The translations under genes and the position numbers were made by a program. The notes under the pieces were generated by a model that searched no databases, was not told the origin of the DNA, and saw only the letters and a program-made list of their open reading frames with translations. This document shows, piece after piece, positions 50,737 to 61,015 of a stretch of DNA of 64,000 bases; position 1 is the stretch's first letter; every line of letters starts with the position of its first letter. The DNA is from an uncultured delta proteobacterium (GTDB taxonomy: Bacteria > Desulfobacterota > Syntrophobacteria > BM002), in assembly GCA_963712115.1 (NCBI GenBank), contig CAVQGX010000012.1, positions 1 to 64,000 of the forward strand, read 5' to 3'.

Positions 50737-51879
50737 ATGGAGTGTCCTAAATGCGGTCACGAGCAGGACAATACCTTCGAATGCGAATCTTGCGGAATCG
50801 TCTTTGAGAAATATGAGCAGATTCAAGCGAGACTCAGAGTTCAAGAAACTTCCAAACCGATTGAGATCAGCAGACGGATGGGGTCTCCTAAAAGCAAGAG
50901 TCCGTATTACGGCTTGCTGGGTGTGGCATTCGGAATTATTGCCTGCTTGGTTCTCTACCGACTTTTTTTATACTCAGATAATAAACAAACCAAGAATGAA
51001 GAACTAGCAAAGCGAAGACCTGCGCAGGAAGAAACCATCAAAGGGGAGAAGAATATTGAGGTAGTCAAATTAGCTCCCTATACCTCGAGATCTACCAGTG
51101 ACTATATCGCAAGAGCTGCCAATGCTACCGTCTTTGTTGAAACCGCATGGGGATCCGGCTCGGGATTCTTTGTTGATGATGGTTGTCAAGTTGTCACCAA
51201 TCGTCATGTAGTTCATCTTGACCCTCGAAGTGTTGAATCTATGGAGGCACAACAAAACCGCTTGAAGCAGATCATTGACTATGAAGAGCAGGAAATTGCC
51301 AGAGCAGAAGATGGAGTGAGACATATCTCCGACAGGGGCAATCGAGAAGAAGTCGAAAAGTTCATAAGGATTAAAAAGGAGCGGCTCGAAGAATTGAAGA
51401 TGAGACATCAAGCTTTTACTTCGACTTTGGAGAGCATTAAATACGGATCAGGGCTATCTGAGTTAAACGTAATCTTAATCGATGGGAGCCAGTACACTGC
51501 CAGTATTGCCCAGCTGAGTGAACGTTACGATCTTGCTTTGCTGGTCCTGCCCGAGTCGAATTGTCAGTTCATTGAGCCTGGCAAAACAAACCGTTTAAGG
51601 CAAGGTGATCCTGTGTATACCGTTGGTCATCCAGTTGGACTGAGACATAGCGTAACATCTGGCATTATCTCTGGTTTTCGAGAACACGCAGGTGTGCGAT
51701 ACATTCAGACTGATGCACCCATCAATCCGGGTAATAGCGGGGGTCCATTAATTGACCTCAATGGAGAAGTAGTAGGTGTAAACACCATGATACTCGCCGA
51801 TACAGAAGGTATTGGGTTCGCAATCCCCATAGAAGTTGTTCTTGATGAGTTTCAGCTGGGAAGGGATTTCGAGCGGTAG
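50737..51879 (+). CDS. membrane-anchored trypsin-like serine protease with N-terminal zinc ribbon
   Basis: CPKC...CESC, TM, GSGF, TNRHV, DLALL, INPGNSGGPL; coiled-coil insertion; no PDZ. Confidence 0.9.
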   Translation: MECPKCGHEQDNTFECESCGIVFEKYEQIQARLRVQETSKPIEISRRMGSPKSKSPYYGLLGVAFGIIACLVLYRLFLYSDNKQTKNEELAKRRPAQEETIKGEKNIEVVKLAPYTSRSTSDYIARAANATVFVETAWGSGSGFFVDDGCQVVTNRHVVHLDPRSVESMEAQQNRLKQIIDYEEQEIARAEDGVRHISDRGNREEVEKFIRIKKERLEELKMRHQAFTSTLESIKYGSGLSELNVILIDGSQYTASIAQLSERYDLALLVLPESNCQFIEPGKTNRLRQGDPVYTVGHPVGLRHSVTSGIISGFREHAGVRYIQTDAPINPGNSGGPLIDLNGEVVGVNTMILADTEGIGFAIPIEVVLDEFQLGRDFER

Positions 51880-51979
51880 CACAGGAGGATTTGGGATTTC
51901 TACTTTGAGATGTGCGATGAGGAACATGAGATTTCGAATTTAGGATTGCGAAACCGGGAACCCACCCGGAGGTCGGACC

Positions 51980-52555
51980 TTAGGACCCTGGCTTTTGAAT
52001 CAGATCTTTGAAAAAAAAGAAAACTTCTGGAGTAGCCCAATTTATTGGGCCAATGATTTTCTCGACAAGAATCCCTTGTTTGTCGATGATAAAGCTTTCT
52101 GGAACTCCGGTTATCCCATAGAGAGACCTGATGGTTTCTCCTGGATCCAGAAGTGCGGGGAAGGTCAAATTCATTTTTCGCATAAAAGGGGCCACTGCTG
52201 CACGCCCCTCAGAGTCAATACTAACCGCCAGGATTTCGAAGTTCTCACCTTTGAATTTTTCATAAAGGCTCTGCATGGAAGGCATTTCTTGCCTACACGG
52301 GGGGCACCAAGTGGCCCACACATTGACAAGAACCACCTTGCCTCTGTGGTCAGAAAGACTAACCTCTCTGCCATTGATATCGGGAAAGGTAAAGTTGGGC
52401 ATTTCGAGTCCCGGTTGAATCGGTTCTGTGGTTTTTAAGGTTGAATCTCGCTCCTCCCGTAAAAAAACTATCAAAAATACACAGGCAATAAAAACAAAGA
52501 GTATTGTCAATAAGAGTTGAGTGTTTTTTCTTGGTTGGGTCTCCTGAGTATTCAC
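51980..52555 (-). CDS. TlpA/ResA-like thiol-disulfide oxidoreductase
   Basis: TM anchor; NVWATWCPPCRQEMP; GVPES. Confidence 0.92.
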   Translation of the reverse strand: MNTQETQPRKNTQLLLTILFVFIACVFLIVFLREERDSTLKTTEPIQPGLEMPNFTFPDINGREVSLSDHRGKVVLVNVWATWCPPCRQEMPSMQSLYEKFKGENFEILAVSIDSEGRAAVAPFMRKMNLTFPALLDPGETIRSLYGITGVPESFIIDKQGILVEKIIGPINWATPEVFFFFKDLIQKPGS

Positions 52556-52701
52556 TTTTACTACCTCAGACGATTTGGTTAAGGCTCTTCACTTTACAGT
52601 TTAGATATGGCAAAGTCAAAATTTCTCTGCTTTCCCGGGCTGCAAACAAAAAGTGAAAAGGGTTCACCCCTATAGCTCTGCTGTTTTGAGTTTTACTTAA
52701 C

Positions 52702-53226
52702 TTGAATGAGGACCAAATGCATCTTCACCGATACAGCAAAAAAAGGATGGTGGATGGGCTAGGCGTTCTAAGGTTTGCTGTAGCCTTACTCCTAATGACA
52801 GCCTGTGGTTCCGGGGAGGTTCCACTGCCTCAGTCAATTGGAGTACTACGGCTGGAGAAACTTCAAGCCGGCGGAGAGGCAAGGCGAGAAATTGATCGGC
52901 TGCACGGAAAACAGATCGGCTTCGAGCGTGGTTATATAGGTTTTTATGTGGCTGAAAACGGCAGTGCCCAGCTTTGGCTTTCGGAGCATAGCTCTGATAG
53001 GGAGGCAGCCGAGGCGGTGGAGAAGATGGCAGGCAGCATGACGCAAGGGAAGCAACAGAGTTTCTGGCATTTTCGCCAAATGGTAATCGAGGAGCGGACA
53101 GTGTATTTCGCCGTCGGGATGGGTCAGGTACACTATTTTTTTCAAAAAGGGGCCAAGGTAATCTGGCTTGCTGTTGATCCTCCACTGGCCAAGGAAACCA
53201 TTAGGGACGCTGTGGGGAAGTTTTAA
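52702..53226 (+). CDS. hypothetical lipoprotein
   Basis: Lipobox MTA-C; start uncertain. Confidence 0.65.
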   Translation: MNEDQMHLHRYSKKRMVDGLGVLRFAVALLLMTACGSGEVPLPQSIGVLRLEKLQAGGEARREIDRLHGKQIGFERGYIGFYVAENGSAQLWLSEHSSDREAAEAVEKMAGSMTQGKQQSFWHFRQMVIEERTVYFAVGMGQVHYFFQKGAKVIWLAVDPPLAKETIRDAVGKF

Positions 53227-54313
53227 AGATGCCGGCTTCGAACCTTGCCAGGAGCAGCTCACCTGCATAGAGTTCGAGAACTTGGCCATGAATTTCGTAG
53301 CGGCCAGCGCCTTCGAGCGCATTAAGAAATATCTGTTCCTGGTCCATGCCCGATGGGCAGGCCATGCGCGTTGAGCCCAGCGCCGAGAACCGGAGTGTAT
53401 TTCTGTCACTTTGAAAGCCGCCGAAAAAGCGATTGCATCCGGCAAAACCATGTGCGCGGCTGCCTTCAGACGCCAATACCATATGTACCTCCCGCTCTTG
53501 CTCCACGGGCTTCAGGGGCCGGCCCTGCAGCTCTAAAACCTTCCAATAAGTGTCGGTCAGGCTAGCTTCCGATTTTGATAGACAAGTATCACCTGGCCAG
53601 ACCTTTCCGAACTTATCGACAACCACCATCTCTGCTTCACCATCGCCCTCCATTTTTGGACGCATGGCTGTGTGTCCGGTGATCGTTACCAAAACCTCCG
53701 CGCCGGGCTCCGGTCGGGCAGCAAGGTAGGCGCTTTCCAAGGTGGCGTTGTCGCCTTCCTGGGCTACGAAGAAACTTTTCCTAGTATGGCATTCGACAAA
53801 AAGGCCCGCGTCGGCCATGTACCTGTAAATACCGCGCAGTCGCATGGGCTCCGATATTAGATCAATTTGCCTGGTGCGGTTCAGTTCGTAGTTGAGCTCC
53901 GAGCCAATGGGCTCGCCCTCGCTGGTTAGCATATTCAGGGCTTCAGGGGACTTCAAGGCGAAACGCTGGGGCGCTTCGGTGCCGCCAAAAAGTACTAGCA
54001 TCCGCCCCTCGTTCGTTAGCGCCCAGCGTCCAAGATCGTGGAACGTATCGTCCTCACCGTCTTTAGCGCCAACATAGGTCTGTCTTAGCCTGAAGGTGTG
54101 GTCTGGCATCAAGGTCAGTGTCATACGGATGCCAGGACAAGAAGCACAGGGGATGGTACCGGCAAAGGAGACAGGCGGCTCAATTGTTTTCGACAACTCT
54201 GCATTAGTCGAAATCTTGGTTGCTAGCTGTTCATTGGTGCTCCCATTTCCCATGGCGCAACCAATAGTTAGCGCAATAATTGGGATGAGAGCTGCAAGGG
54301 TCAAGGTTCGCAT
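53201..54313 (-). CDS. NlpE N-terminal / OB / META-domain lipoprotein
   Basis: Lipobox TIG-C; GTIPCASCPGI; YMADAG; GFAGCNRFFG...STRMAC. Confidence 0.85.
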   Translation of the reverse strand: MRTLTLAALIPIIALTIGCAMGNGSTNEQLATKISTNAELSKTIEPPVSFAGTIPCASCPGIRMTLTLMPDHTFRLRQTYVGAKDGEDDTFHDLGRWALTNEGRMLVLFGGTEAPQRFALKSPEALNMLTSEGEPIGSELNYELNRTRQIDLISEPMRLRGIYRYMADAGLFVECHTRKSFFVAQEGDNATLESAYLAARPEPGAEVLVTITGHTAMRPKMEGDGEAEMVVVDKFGKVWPGDTCLSKSEASLTDTYWKVLELQGRPLKPVEQEREVHMVLASEGSRAHGFAGCNRFFGGFQSDRNTLRFSALGSTRMACPSGMDQEQIFLNALEGAGRYEIHGQVLELYAGELLLARFEAGIFKTSPQRP

Positions 54314-54521
54314 CTACTAAACCCTCCTTTTTGTCTGATCCGCGGTTGGACGAAGCTAATATCCCTCTCCCACTGATAAGACATTCCCCATTTTTGTCAA
54401 TATGGCATTTTTATTGCTTAGTTAATTAAGGGCGAGATATGGCGAAGAATTAAAGAAGTTCAAAAGTAAATAAGAAACTGATTATTTCGTTCTGTCCGTG
54501 GAGAGAGGTTCTGGCTCTGAT

Positions 54522-54899
54522 ATGGAAAAGAAACACAATGATCAGACAGGAAACCTACCCATGAAAGACTGCTTCCTGTTCTTAACCAAGGGTTCGAGCC
54601 CCAGCACAGGCTATCCTTTGCTGGACGAAATAACCATTGGTAGCAGTCCAGAAAACACAATCTGTCTTCCTGAGGAAAATGTATCGCCTAACCACGCCAG
54701 GGTTAGCTTCCAGGAAGGAGGCTGGACTGTGGAGGATCTGGGCAGCGCCAGTGGCATTATCTTCAAGGGAGAGCGAGTGAGTAAAGTGGTTCTAGCCTCC
54801 GAGGATACCTTCCAGATAGGTGATTTTACTTTTCGCTTCACCGAGGCGGACATTCCTGAAGCAAGAGATCAATTTTTTGAGACCATAACAATTTTGTAA
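54522..54899 (+). CDS. FHA-domain protein
   Basis: ITIGS...VSPNHA...VEDLGSASG; lacks the conserved Arg and Asn of phospho-Thr binding. Confidence 0.75.
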   Translation: MEKKHNDQTGNLPMKDCFLFLTKGSSPSTGYPLLDEITIGSSPENTICLPEENVSPNHARVSFQEGGWTVEDLGSASGIIFKGERVSKVVLASEDTFQIGDFTFRFTEADIPEARDQFFETITIL

Positions 54900-54985
54900 G
54901 ACTAAATGTGAGGCCGAATTTGAACCTTTGTGCCTGAATCAAGGGTAAAATCAAAAAAGGGCACTGGTTCCCTCGTAAGGCTAAT

Positions 54986-55393
54986 CTATTTCTTGGGGTC
55001 GAGTTGAACCAGGAGGGTGAGCCCTCGGATTCCATGTACCCTAACACGTTGTCCACGCCTGATTGGGGGGTTACCTTCAATCACCTCTGCCTGCCATCTT
55101 TCGGCCCCAATCTCGACATAACCCGAAGGGTGCAAGTCGTTAATTGCAATGCCCCGCGCTCCCTCCATCGTGTTTGTCAGTGCCGGACTATCCGGGTCAT
55201 AGGCCCGCCAGACAAAGGGGAACAGAACTATGTCTTTTATTACCAGGAATGCGACCAGACCACAGATGAACCAGATAGGGAGATCCACCCATTTTCGCAC
55301 CCAGATCAAGACAACAATTACCAAGGCTGTGAAGGGCACCTGCAGCAGCGCGTAGCGCAGCACAACTCTAGCTGACCAGCCTTTTCTTTCCAT
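54986..55393 (-). CDS. NfeD-like C-terminal OB-fold membrane protein
   Basis: Two TMs; GYVEIGAERWQA...RVRVHGIRGLTLLV. Confidence 0.85.
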   Translation of the reverse strand: MERKGWSARVVLRYALLQVPFTALVIVVLIWVRKWVDLPIWFICGLVAFLVIKDIVLFPFVWRAYDPDSPALTNTMEGARGIAINDLHPSGYVEIGAERWQAEVIEGNPPIRRGQRVRVHGIRGLTLLVQLDPKK

Positions 55394-55880
55394 GCTCTAA
55401 AGCCTCTTCTTCTTTTCATAGCCCTTTTTAATTAATCCCTGTGACCAGGTCAATATCAATATATCAGAAAAGAAGTAGTTAGGAGTCAGAATCCAGTAGT
55501 CAGTGGTAAACGGTAAACCGTAAGCGGTAAGCCGTGTGAACCATTTCAACGACTTTAACGAATTCTCTAATTCTCTAATCAACCAATCAACAAAACGCTA
55601 TGCGCTATGCGAATGGTTGACACATCCCCAATCTGAAATCTGCAATCTAAAATCTAAAATCCCTTCCCGGTAAGCACCATGTAAGGTGGTAATTCCCTTC
55701 CAATATGTTACCTTTATTTCCCAATTACTAAATTGCGGTTTTCAGCTTTAAATTCAATAAATATTCGAAATTATATATAAATTTTTATTATTGCCCTTTG
55801 GCATGATCTTTGTTTAACAAGGCCTCATCAGTCATTTCCACTATTGTTTTAGCCGCAGAGGAATAGTGCTAGAGAGGCTT

Positions 55881-56870
55881 ATGAAAACAAACAAAGCAAG
55901 AAGGCTTTCAGTGCGTGTTCCGGCCATAGGATGGGAAGCTTGCATATCGAATGAAAGATTGGAAAAAACCACAGCGAAAATTAGCAACGTTAGCGCGGAC
56001 GGGGCTTACCTCATAACTAAAGAACAATATGAGCCTGAGTCAAGGGTCACTCTGTCGATTAAGTCGCCCTTAATCTGCTTTTCCGTCACCGGATTGGTAG
56101 TTCGTAAAGATCCCTTCGGCCTGGCGGTTCGTTTCCTCGATCACAGTGAATCTACCAGAAGTTCGCTGTTGAGCATTATCTCTGAATTTCTAGCAGAAAA
56201 AAGGTCAAAACTATCATTGATAGGGGAGACTCCAGTATGTCGTGAGAGTCAACCGAGGCGAAATTTTGATTTAGAGCAAGAATGTTTTTACAGCAGTGCA
56301 CTGTTGGACACTGCACCGTGCAACGAAAACTCAAGTTTGGCAGAGAGCAATAGCAATAGGACAAAGGACGGCAGGCTTATGATTAGCCTAGCTCAGACTG
56401 AAAGCAAGGAATCATTGAAGGTATTCTTAAGTGACAGCGGAAAAACTACAGTAAAGTGCCCTTTCTGCGCAAAGTGCCATCACACCAATGTCCCTAAACA
56501 TTTTCACAACAAACCGGTTCGGGGAAAATGTAACTGTGGGGAGTCTTTTTCTGTTCTTTTCGACAGTCGCAAATATTACCGCAAAGAGGTGCGGTTACCT
56601 GGGGAGTACTGGAACACCTTTGGCGAGAAGTATCTGATGACTGTGACAACGCTATCTTTTACCGGTGCGGGGTTCGAAGCAGGACGGCTAAATCTTTCTA
56701 TAAACTCCGGCGAAACTATCCGCTTAAACTTTTTGCTCAAAAACCACGATAAGATCTGGATTAGATCAAGTGCTCTGGTCAGACGAGTTAATGGTAATCA
56801 GATAGGTGTTGATTTCATGGGGATGGATGAGCACCAACAAAAGTGTCTTGGATTTTATCTGATGCCATGA
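55881..56870 (+). CDS. PilZ - zinc ribbon - PilZ protein
   Basis: NVSADGA; CPFC...CNC; RKYYRK...LSFTGAGF; sigma54-like TGGCATGATCTTTGTT at 55799. Confidence 0.8.
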   Translation: MKTNKARRLSVRVPAIGWEACISNERLEKTTAKISNVSADGAYLITKEQYEPESRVTLSIKSPLICFSVTGLVVRKDPFGLAVRFLDHSESTRSSLLSIISEFLAEKRSKLSLIGETPVCRESQPRRNFDLEQECFYSSALLDTAPCNENSSLAESNSNRTKDGRLMISLAQTESKESLKVFLSDSGKTTVKCPFCAKCHHTNVPKHFHNKPVRGKCNCGESFSVLFDSRKYYRKEVRLPGEYWNTFGEKYLMTVTTLSFTGAGFEAGRLNLSINSGETIRLNFLLKNHDKIWIRSSALVRRVNGNQIGVDFMGMDEHQQKCLGFYLMP

Positions 56871-57259
56871 GAGGGTAGGGGTTAAAAGGCAGCAGACAGC
56901 TAGAAGACAGAGGTCGGAGGTCAGAGGGCGGATTTGACTCCTCCTTGTTCTCCTAGTTGACAGACCGACGTAGATGGGAATTTCAAATTACAAATCACAA
57001 ATAACAAACAAATCACAATCACCCAAATTCAAAATTCCAAACCTTTACATCCTTCTTAAGAAAAAAAATCCAAACATGTTTGGGTCATTAAGTATTGGAA
57101 TTTGGTATTTATTTGTAATTTGATGCTTGAGATTTGGGATTTTTTGGCTGATCGTCGATTGCTGAAAGCTAATCTCCACCGGCTCAACAGGCTAACGGGC
57201 TCAACTGACTAACTAGCTTAATCCTGTCAAATCCTGAAATAAATCCAGCCAACTGCAAG

Positions 57260-57306
57260 AAAAATCCATCCAATTGACCTAATTTGTCAAACTTCCATGG
57301 TAGGTT
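57260..57306 (+). promoter_or_regulatory. repeated promoter/operator motif copy 3
   Basis: AAAAATCCATCCAATTGAC-N7-GTCA; TGTCAA-N10-TAGGTT. Confidence 0.6.
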
Positions 57307-57421
57307 GACATCAGTTAGCAAAGATAGGTGATTTTAGAGCTTGCACGGCAACTCTAGTCGAAACCACTTTTGGAGTAATGGAGTGGTGGTTCCAAGTAGA
57401 CGGGTAGAAAGGAAATGAAAG

Positions 57422-57748
57422 ATGATGAAGGTAATCACCGTAATCTTATTCGTATCAATGCTGTCTTTGTCAGCTTTTGCTGGAGAGACGGTGCGGGTGT
57501 ATGACAACAAATATCAGCTCAAGTATATCTATGATGTGGAGAAAGGGCGGGTATACGACACAAGGTATCAGCTGCAGTACATAGTCGAGGACAACCGTGT
57601 GTACGACTATAAATATCAGCCCAAGTACATTTATGATGCTGAGAAGGGACGAATTTACGACTACGGCTACAACTTGCAGTACACGATCCAGGGTGACCGT
57701 GTGTATGATATAAGATATTATCCGTTATATTACCTTGAAAGAAAGTAG
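57422..57748 (+). CDS. secreted Tyr-rich five-repeat protein
   Basis: Signal peptide (AFA); R-V/I-Y-D-x-x-Y repeated five times. Confidence 0.75.
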   Translation: MMKVITVILFVSMLSLSAFAGETVRVYDNKYQLKYIYDVEKGRVYDTRYQLQYIVEDNRVYDYKYQPKYIYDAEKGRIYDYGYNLQYTIQGDRVYDIRYYPLYYLERK

Positions 57749-57836
57749 GGCTTAAGGTGAAAAGCTCAGGGTTCTTGCTCCTCGTGGGGGTAGGTATCCT
57801 GGCCTTCTCGGTTGGGCTGTTGAAATAAAGGATAAG

Positions 57837-58217
57837 ATGGCGGAATTGAGCAACACTCAGATTGAAGCCCTGCTTCAGAGCTATCTCGAACAAATCTTGG
57901 AACAGGATGAAAGAGAGAGGGCTCTGGAGCGAAAAAGTTGGAAAGGGAAGGTAGAGTTGGGTGAGCATGTTGATGCTATGGCCTATTTACAACATGACTG
58001 TCGCAGGGAACTGGCCATAGGCAACTATAGCCGGGGGGCCGGTGCTGTCGATCGCTTGCTGAAAGAAAAAGGAATAGAGTTGGATCGAGACGGTGTCAGC
58101 TATAAGAAGCTGTGCAGTGGTATGATGAAGCTTATGATAAATCATCTGGAAATCGACATTAGGCGCACCCGACTTGACTATTCTCTGGACAACCTGCCAT
58201 TTCCCGAGCTCTTATGA
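57837..58217 (+). CDS. hypothetical protein, possibly an integrase-associated N-terminal fragment
   Basis: Intact 126-aa helical ORF; family resemblance is impression only. Confidence 0.45.
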   Translation: MAELSNTQIEALLQSYLEQILEQDERERALERKSWKGKVELGEHVDAMAYLQHDCRRELAIGNYSRGAGAVDRLLKEKGIELDRDGVSYKKLCSGMMKLMINHLEIDIRRTRLDYSLDNLPFPELL

Positions 58218-58474
58218 AAGGTGAAGTCCTTTAAAAACCTGTGATGTTTTCTTAACCTCTTCCAGAGCGGAACGAGATTTGAATCTCCCCAAGGGTCCCG
58301 CTGTACATCATCTTTTATCTTGCCAGCTTGATCTACATTTCCTATTCTATAACTTATATGTTCTGTCATAGTACCGTCCGCGCTTTCTTGTTGTTCGATG
58401 CTCCCTAAGCGCTGAGGTCTTCCCATACAGGCTCCGATTCGATACCGGAAAGAAGAGCAGTAATCCCGAAAAAG

Positions 58475-60310
58475 ATGCAAAACACCGATAAGACTAAAGA
58501 GCAGCTGATTCAGGAGATAGAGAAATTGCGGCAGAGGATTGCCGAATTAGAGGTCTCGCAAGAACACCGTAAGCAGGCTGAGAAAGCACTGAGAGAGAGT
58601 GAAGAACTGTTTCGCATGGTGGCTGATTTTACCTATGACTGGGAGTATTGGCTCTCTCCGGATGGCAAATACGTTTATGTATCGCCGGCTTGCCAGCGCA
58701 TTACCGGTTACTCGGTCAATGAATTCCACAGGGATCCAAAATTTCTAAGCACAATAATACATCCAGAAGACCGCGACACAGTTTGTAGACACATGGAAGA
58801 CAGTTTGGAAAGTGACAAGGTGCTACATATTGACTTTCGCATAATTAACCGGAGCGGTGAAGAGCGTTGGATCAGTCACATTTGCCAGCCGGTTTACGGC
58901 AAGGATGAGCGCTATCTGGGAAGACGGGCCAGCAACCGCGACATCACCAGGCGCAAACAGCTGGAAGAGGAGTTAAGGAGGGCTAATAGATCCCTGAAGA
59001 TGCTGAGTGCCTGCAACCATGCTCTGATTCATGCCGAGAACGAGGCGAGCCTACTAAATAGTGTATGCCAGATCATCGTGGAGGAAGGTGGATACAAGCT
59101 GGCATGGGTTGGATTCAAAGAAAAAGACAAAAAGAAAACCGTGCGTCCGGTGGCGCAGGCAGGATATGAGGAGGGCTATCTCGAGAGCCTGCACATAACC
59201 TGGGCTAATCGTGAACGGGGTCGCGGTCCTACGGGTAGGGCTATACGTAGTGGTGAACCGACCATTGCCAAGGATATTCTGAATGATCCCAGTTTTGCTC
59301 CCTGGAGAGCTGAAGCACTAAAACGTGGCTATGCCTCATCCGTTGCCCTCCCTCTGGCGATCCGGGGGGAAACATTTGGGGCCTTGAACATATACGGTTC
59401 GGAGGCAGATGCCTTTGATACGGAAGAGGTCAATCTTCTCCGAGAACTGGCCGGCGATCTGTCTTTTGGAATAAATGCCCTAAGAGCGCGGGTCGAGCAA
59501 GAAAGAGCGGAGGCGGCTCTGCGAAGGGCCCATAGGGAGTTGGAAAGGAGAGTTAAAGAGCGTACACGGGAACTTGTGGAGGCCAACGAGAGGCTCAAAT
59601 ACGAGATAGAAGAGCGCAGGAGGCTAGAGAAGATCCTTACCCAGAAAGAGAAACTCGAGACTCTGGGAGCCATTGCAGCTGAGGTGGCCCACGAGATTCG
59701 CAATCCCCTAGTCTCTATCGGCGGTTTTGCCAGGCGTCTGATACTAAAATTCCCGGATCTAAATGAATGCGAGATTATCCTTCGCGAAGCGGAACGGTTG
59801 GAGAGGATTCTGTCCCGCATAGGGGATTACTTAAAACCGGTGGAAGTGCGCTTTCAGGAGTGTTCAATTAATAGTATTGTCGGCGAGTGTAAAGATCTTC
59901 TGTCTACTGAATTAGAAAGAAGGAAAGTGATCTGCCGATTAGATCTTGATCCAGAACTTTCAGAGGCTCGCGCGGACCCGGATATATTGAAGCAGGTCTT
60001 TATCAACTTGATTCGTAACGCGGCGGAGTCCATGGACAAGGGGGGCAATATAGTTATAAAGACCTGGGAAACGGAGCAAGATATTCTCATAGAGTTTGGT
60101 AACCAAGCGCCAGGACTTCGGGTCAAACATCCCGAACAGCTCTTTATGCCTTTTGCTGACGAAGGTGAAAGTATCGGACTGCCGCTCTCTTATCGCTTGC
60201 TCAAAGACATGGGCGGTCTTCTTTCTTTTTCACAGGCTAAGGACTGCATAGTCTTCACAGTAACTCTACCCAAAAATCTTCTTATCCAGCATCCGGGGGA
60301 AACCAGCTAG
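58475..60310 (+). CDS. PAS-GAF sensor histidine kinase
   Basis: PAS (IHPEDR, DIT), GAF, AHEIRNP H-box, QVFINLIRNA N-box; degenerate G boxes. Confidence 0.9.
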   Translation: MQNTDKTKEQLIQEIEKLRQRIAELEVSQEHRKQAEKALRESEELFRMVADFTYDWEYWLSPDGKYVYVSPACQRITGYSVNEFHRDPKFLSTIIHPEDRDTVCRHMEDSLESDKVLHIDFRIINRSGEERWISHICQPVYGKDERYLGRRASNRDITRRKQLEEELRRANRSLKMLSACNHALIHAENEASLLNSVCQIIVEEGGYKLAWVGFKEKDKKKTVRPVAQAGYEEGYLESLHITWANRERGRGPTGRAIRSGEPTIAKDILNDPSFAPWRAEALKRGYASSVALPLAIRGETFGALNIYGSEADAFDTEEVNLLRELAGDLSFGINALRARVEQERAEAALRRAHRELERRVKERTRELVEANERLKYEIEERRRLEKILTQKEKLETLGAIAAEVAHEIRNPLVSIGGFARRLILKFPDLNECEIILREAERLERILSRIGDYLKPVEVRFQECSINSIVGECKDLLSTELERRKVICRLDLDPELSEARADPDILKQVFINLIRNAAESMDKGGNIVIKTWETEQDILIEFGNQAPGLRVKHPEQLFMPFADEGESIGLPLSYRLLKDMGGLLSFSQAKDCIVFTVTLPKNLLIQHPGETS

Positions 60311-60628
60311 AGCCCTTCGACCCTTCGACGGGCTCATGGCAAGCTGGCAGCTAGCGTTGCGCTGTCATTCGCCTTCGGCGTCATTAGGTCAGTACGCTTC
60401 GCTGTCATTTGTTGTAAGAGGTAGGTGTCGGGATTCAGAGGGCAGGCAGCCAGAAGACAGAAGTTAGAATCCAGAATTCAGGTTTCAGCCTTTGTTTCTT
60501 CTTACTGACACCTGAAACCTGACACCTGCGTCCTCAACATTGACACCTGACACCCTGAGATTTGTTGCTTTGGATTTGTCCTTCGGACTGCCACCCTTCG
60601 GGCGGGTTCCCGGTTTTGGATCGCGGAG

Positions 60629-61015
60629 CTACGAGGCGGGTCCATCCTCACTGCCAAGCCAGTTGTTTGCTTCCTCCAGGTTGGTGAAAACCTTTATCTC
60701 AAAAGGAAGAGACATCGTATCTGTGATTAGTTGGTACATCTTGGCCAGTCCGAAGGACTTGCCCTTTTGAGCCACAAAAGCTGTCTTGCCACCTCTCCGG
60801 GTAGAGAGGTTGAGGGAGCTTACGGAGCGTGCAAGATTCCATATCTCTTCATCGGTCAACCGTACATTTCCCTTGCGGAAGTCCCATAAAGCATGGAGTG
60901 TGATCTCACCTGCATAGAAGGTGCGGATGGCAGTAGCGAACTCACGGGCGGTTACTTTTCCACTTACGGTGAAAGTAGTGAGTTTCCTCGATCTATCAAC
61001 CTGTGACTCGATCAT
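60629..61015 (-). CDS. SpoIIAA/STAS-like hypothetical protein
   Basis: LWDFR, KTAFVA, FGLAKMY, VFTNLEEANNWL. Confidence 0.7.
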   Translation of the reverse strand: MIESQVDRSRKLTTFTVSGKVTAREFATAIRTFYAGEITLHALWDFRKGNVRLTDEEIWNLARSVSSLNLSTRRGGKTAFVAQKGKSFGLAKMYQLITDTMSLPFEIKVFTNLEEANNWLGSEDGPAS

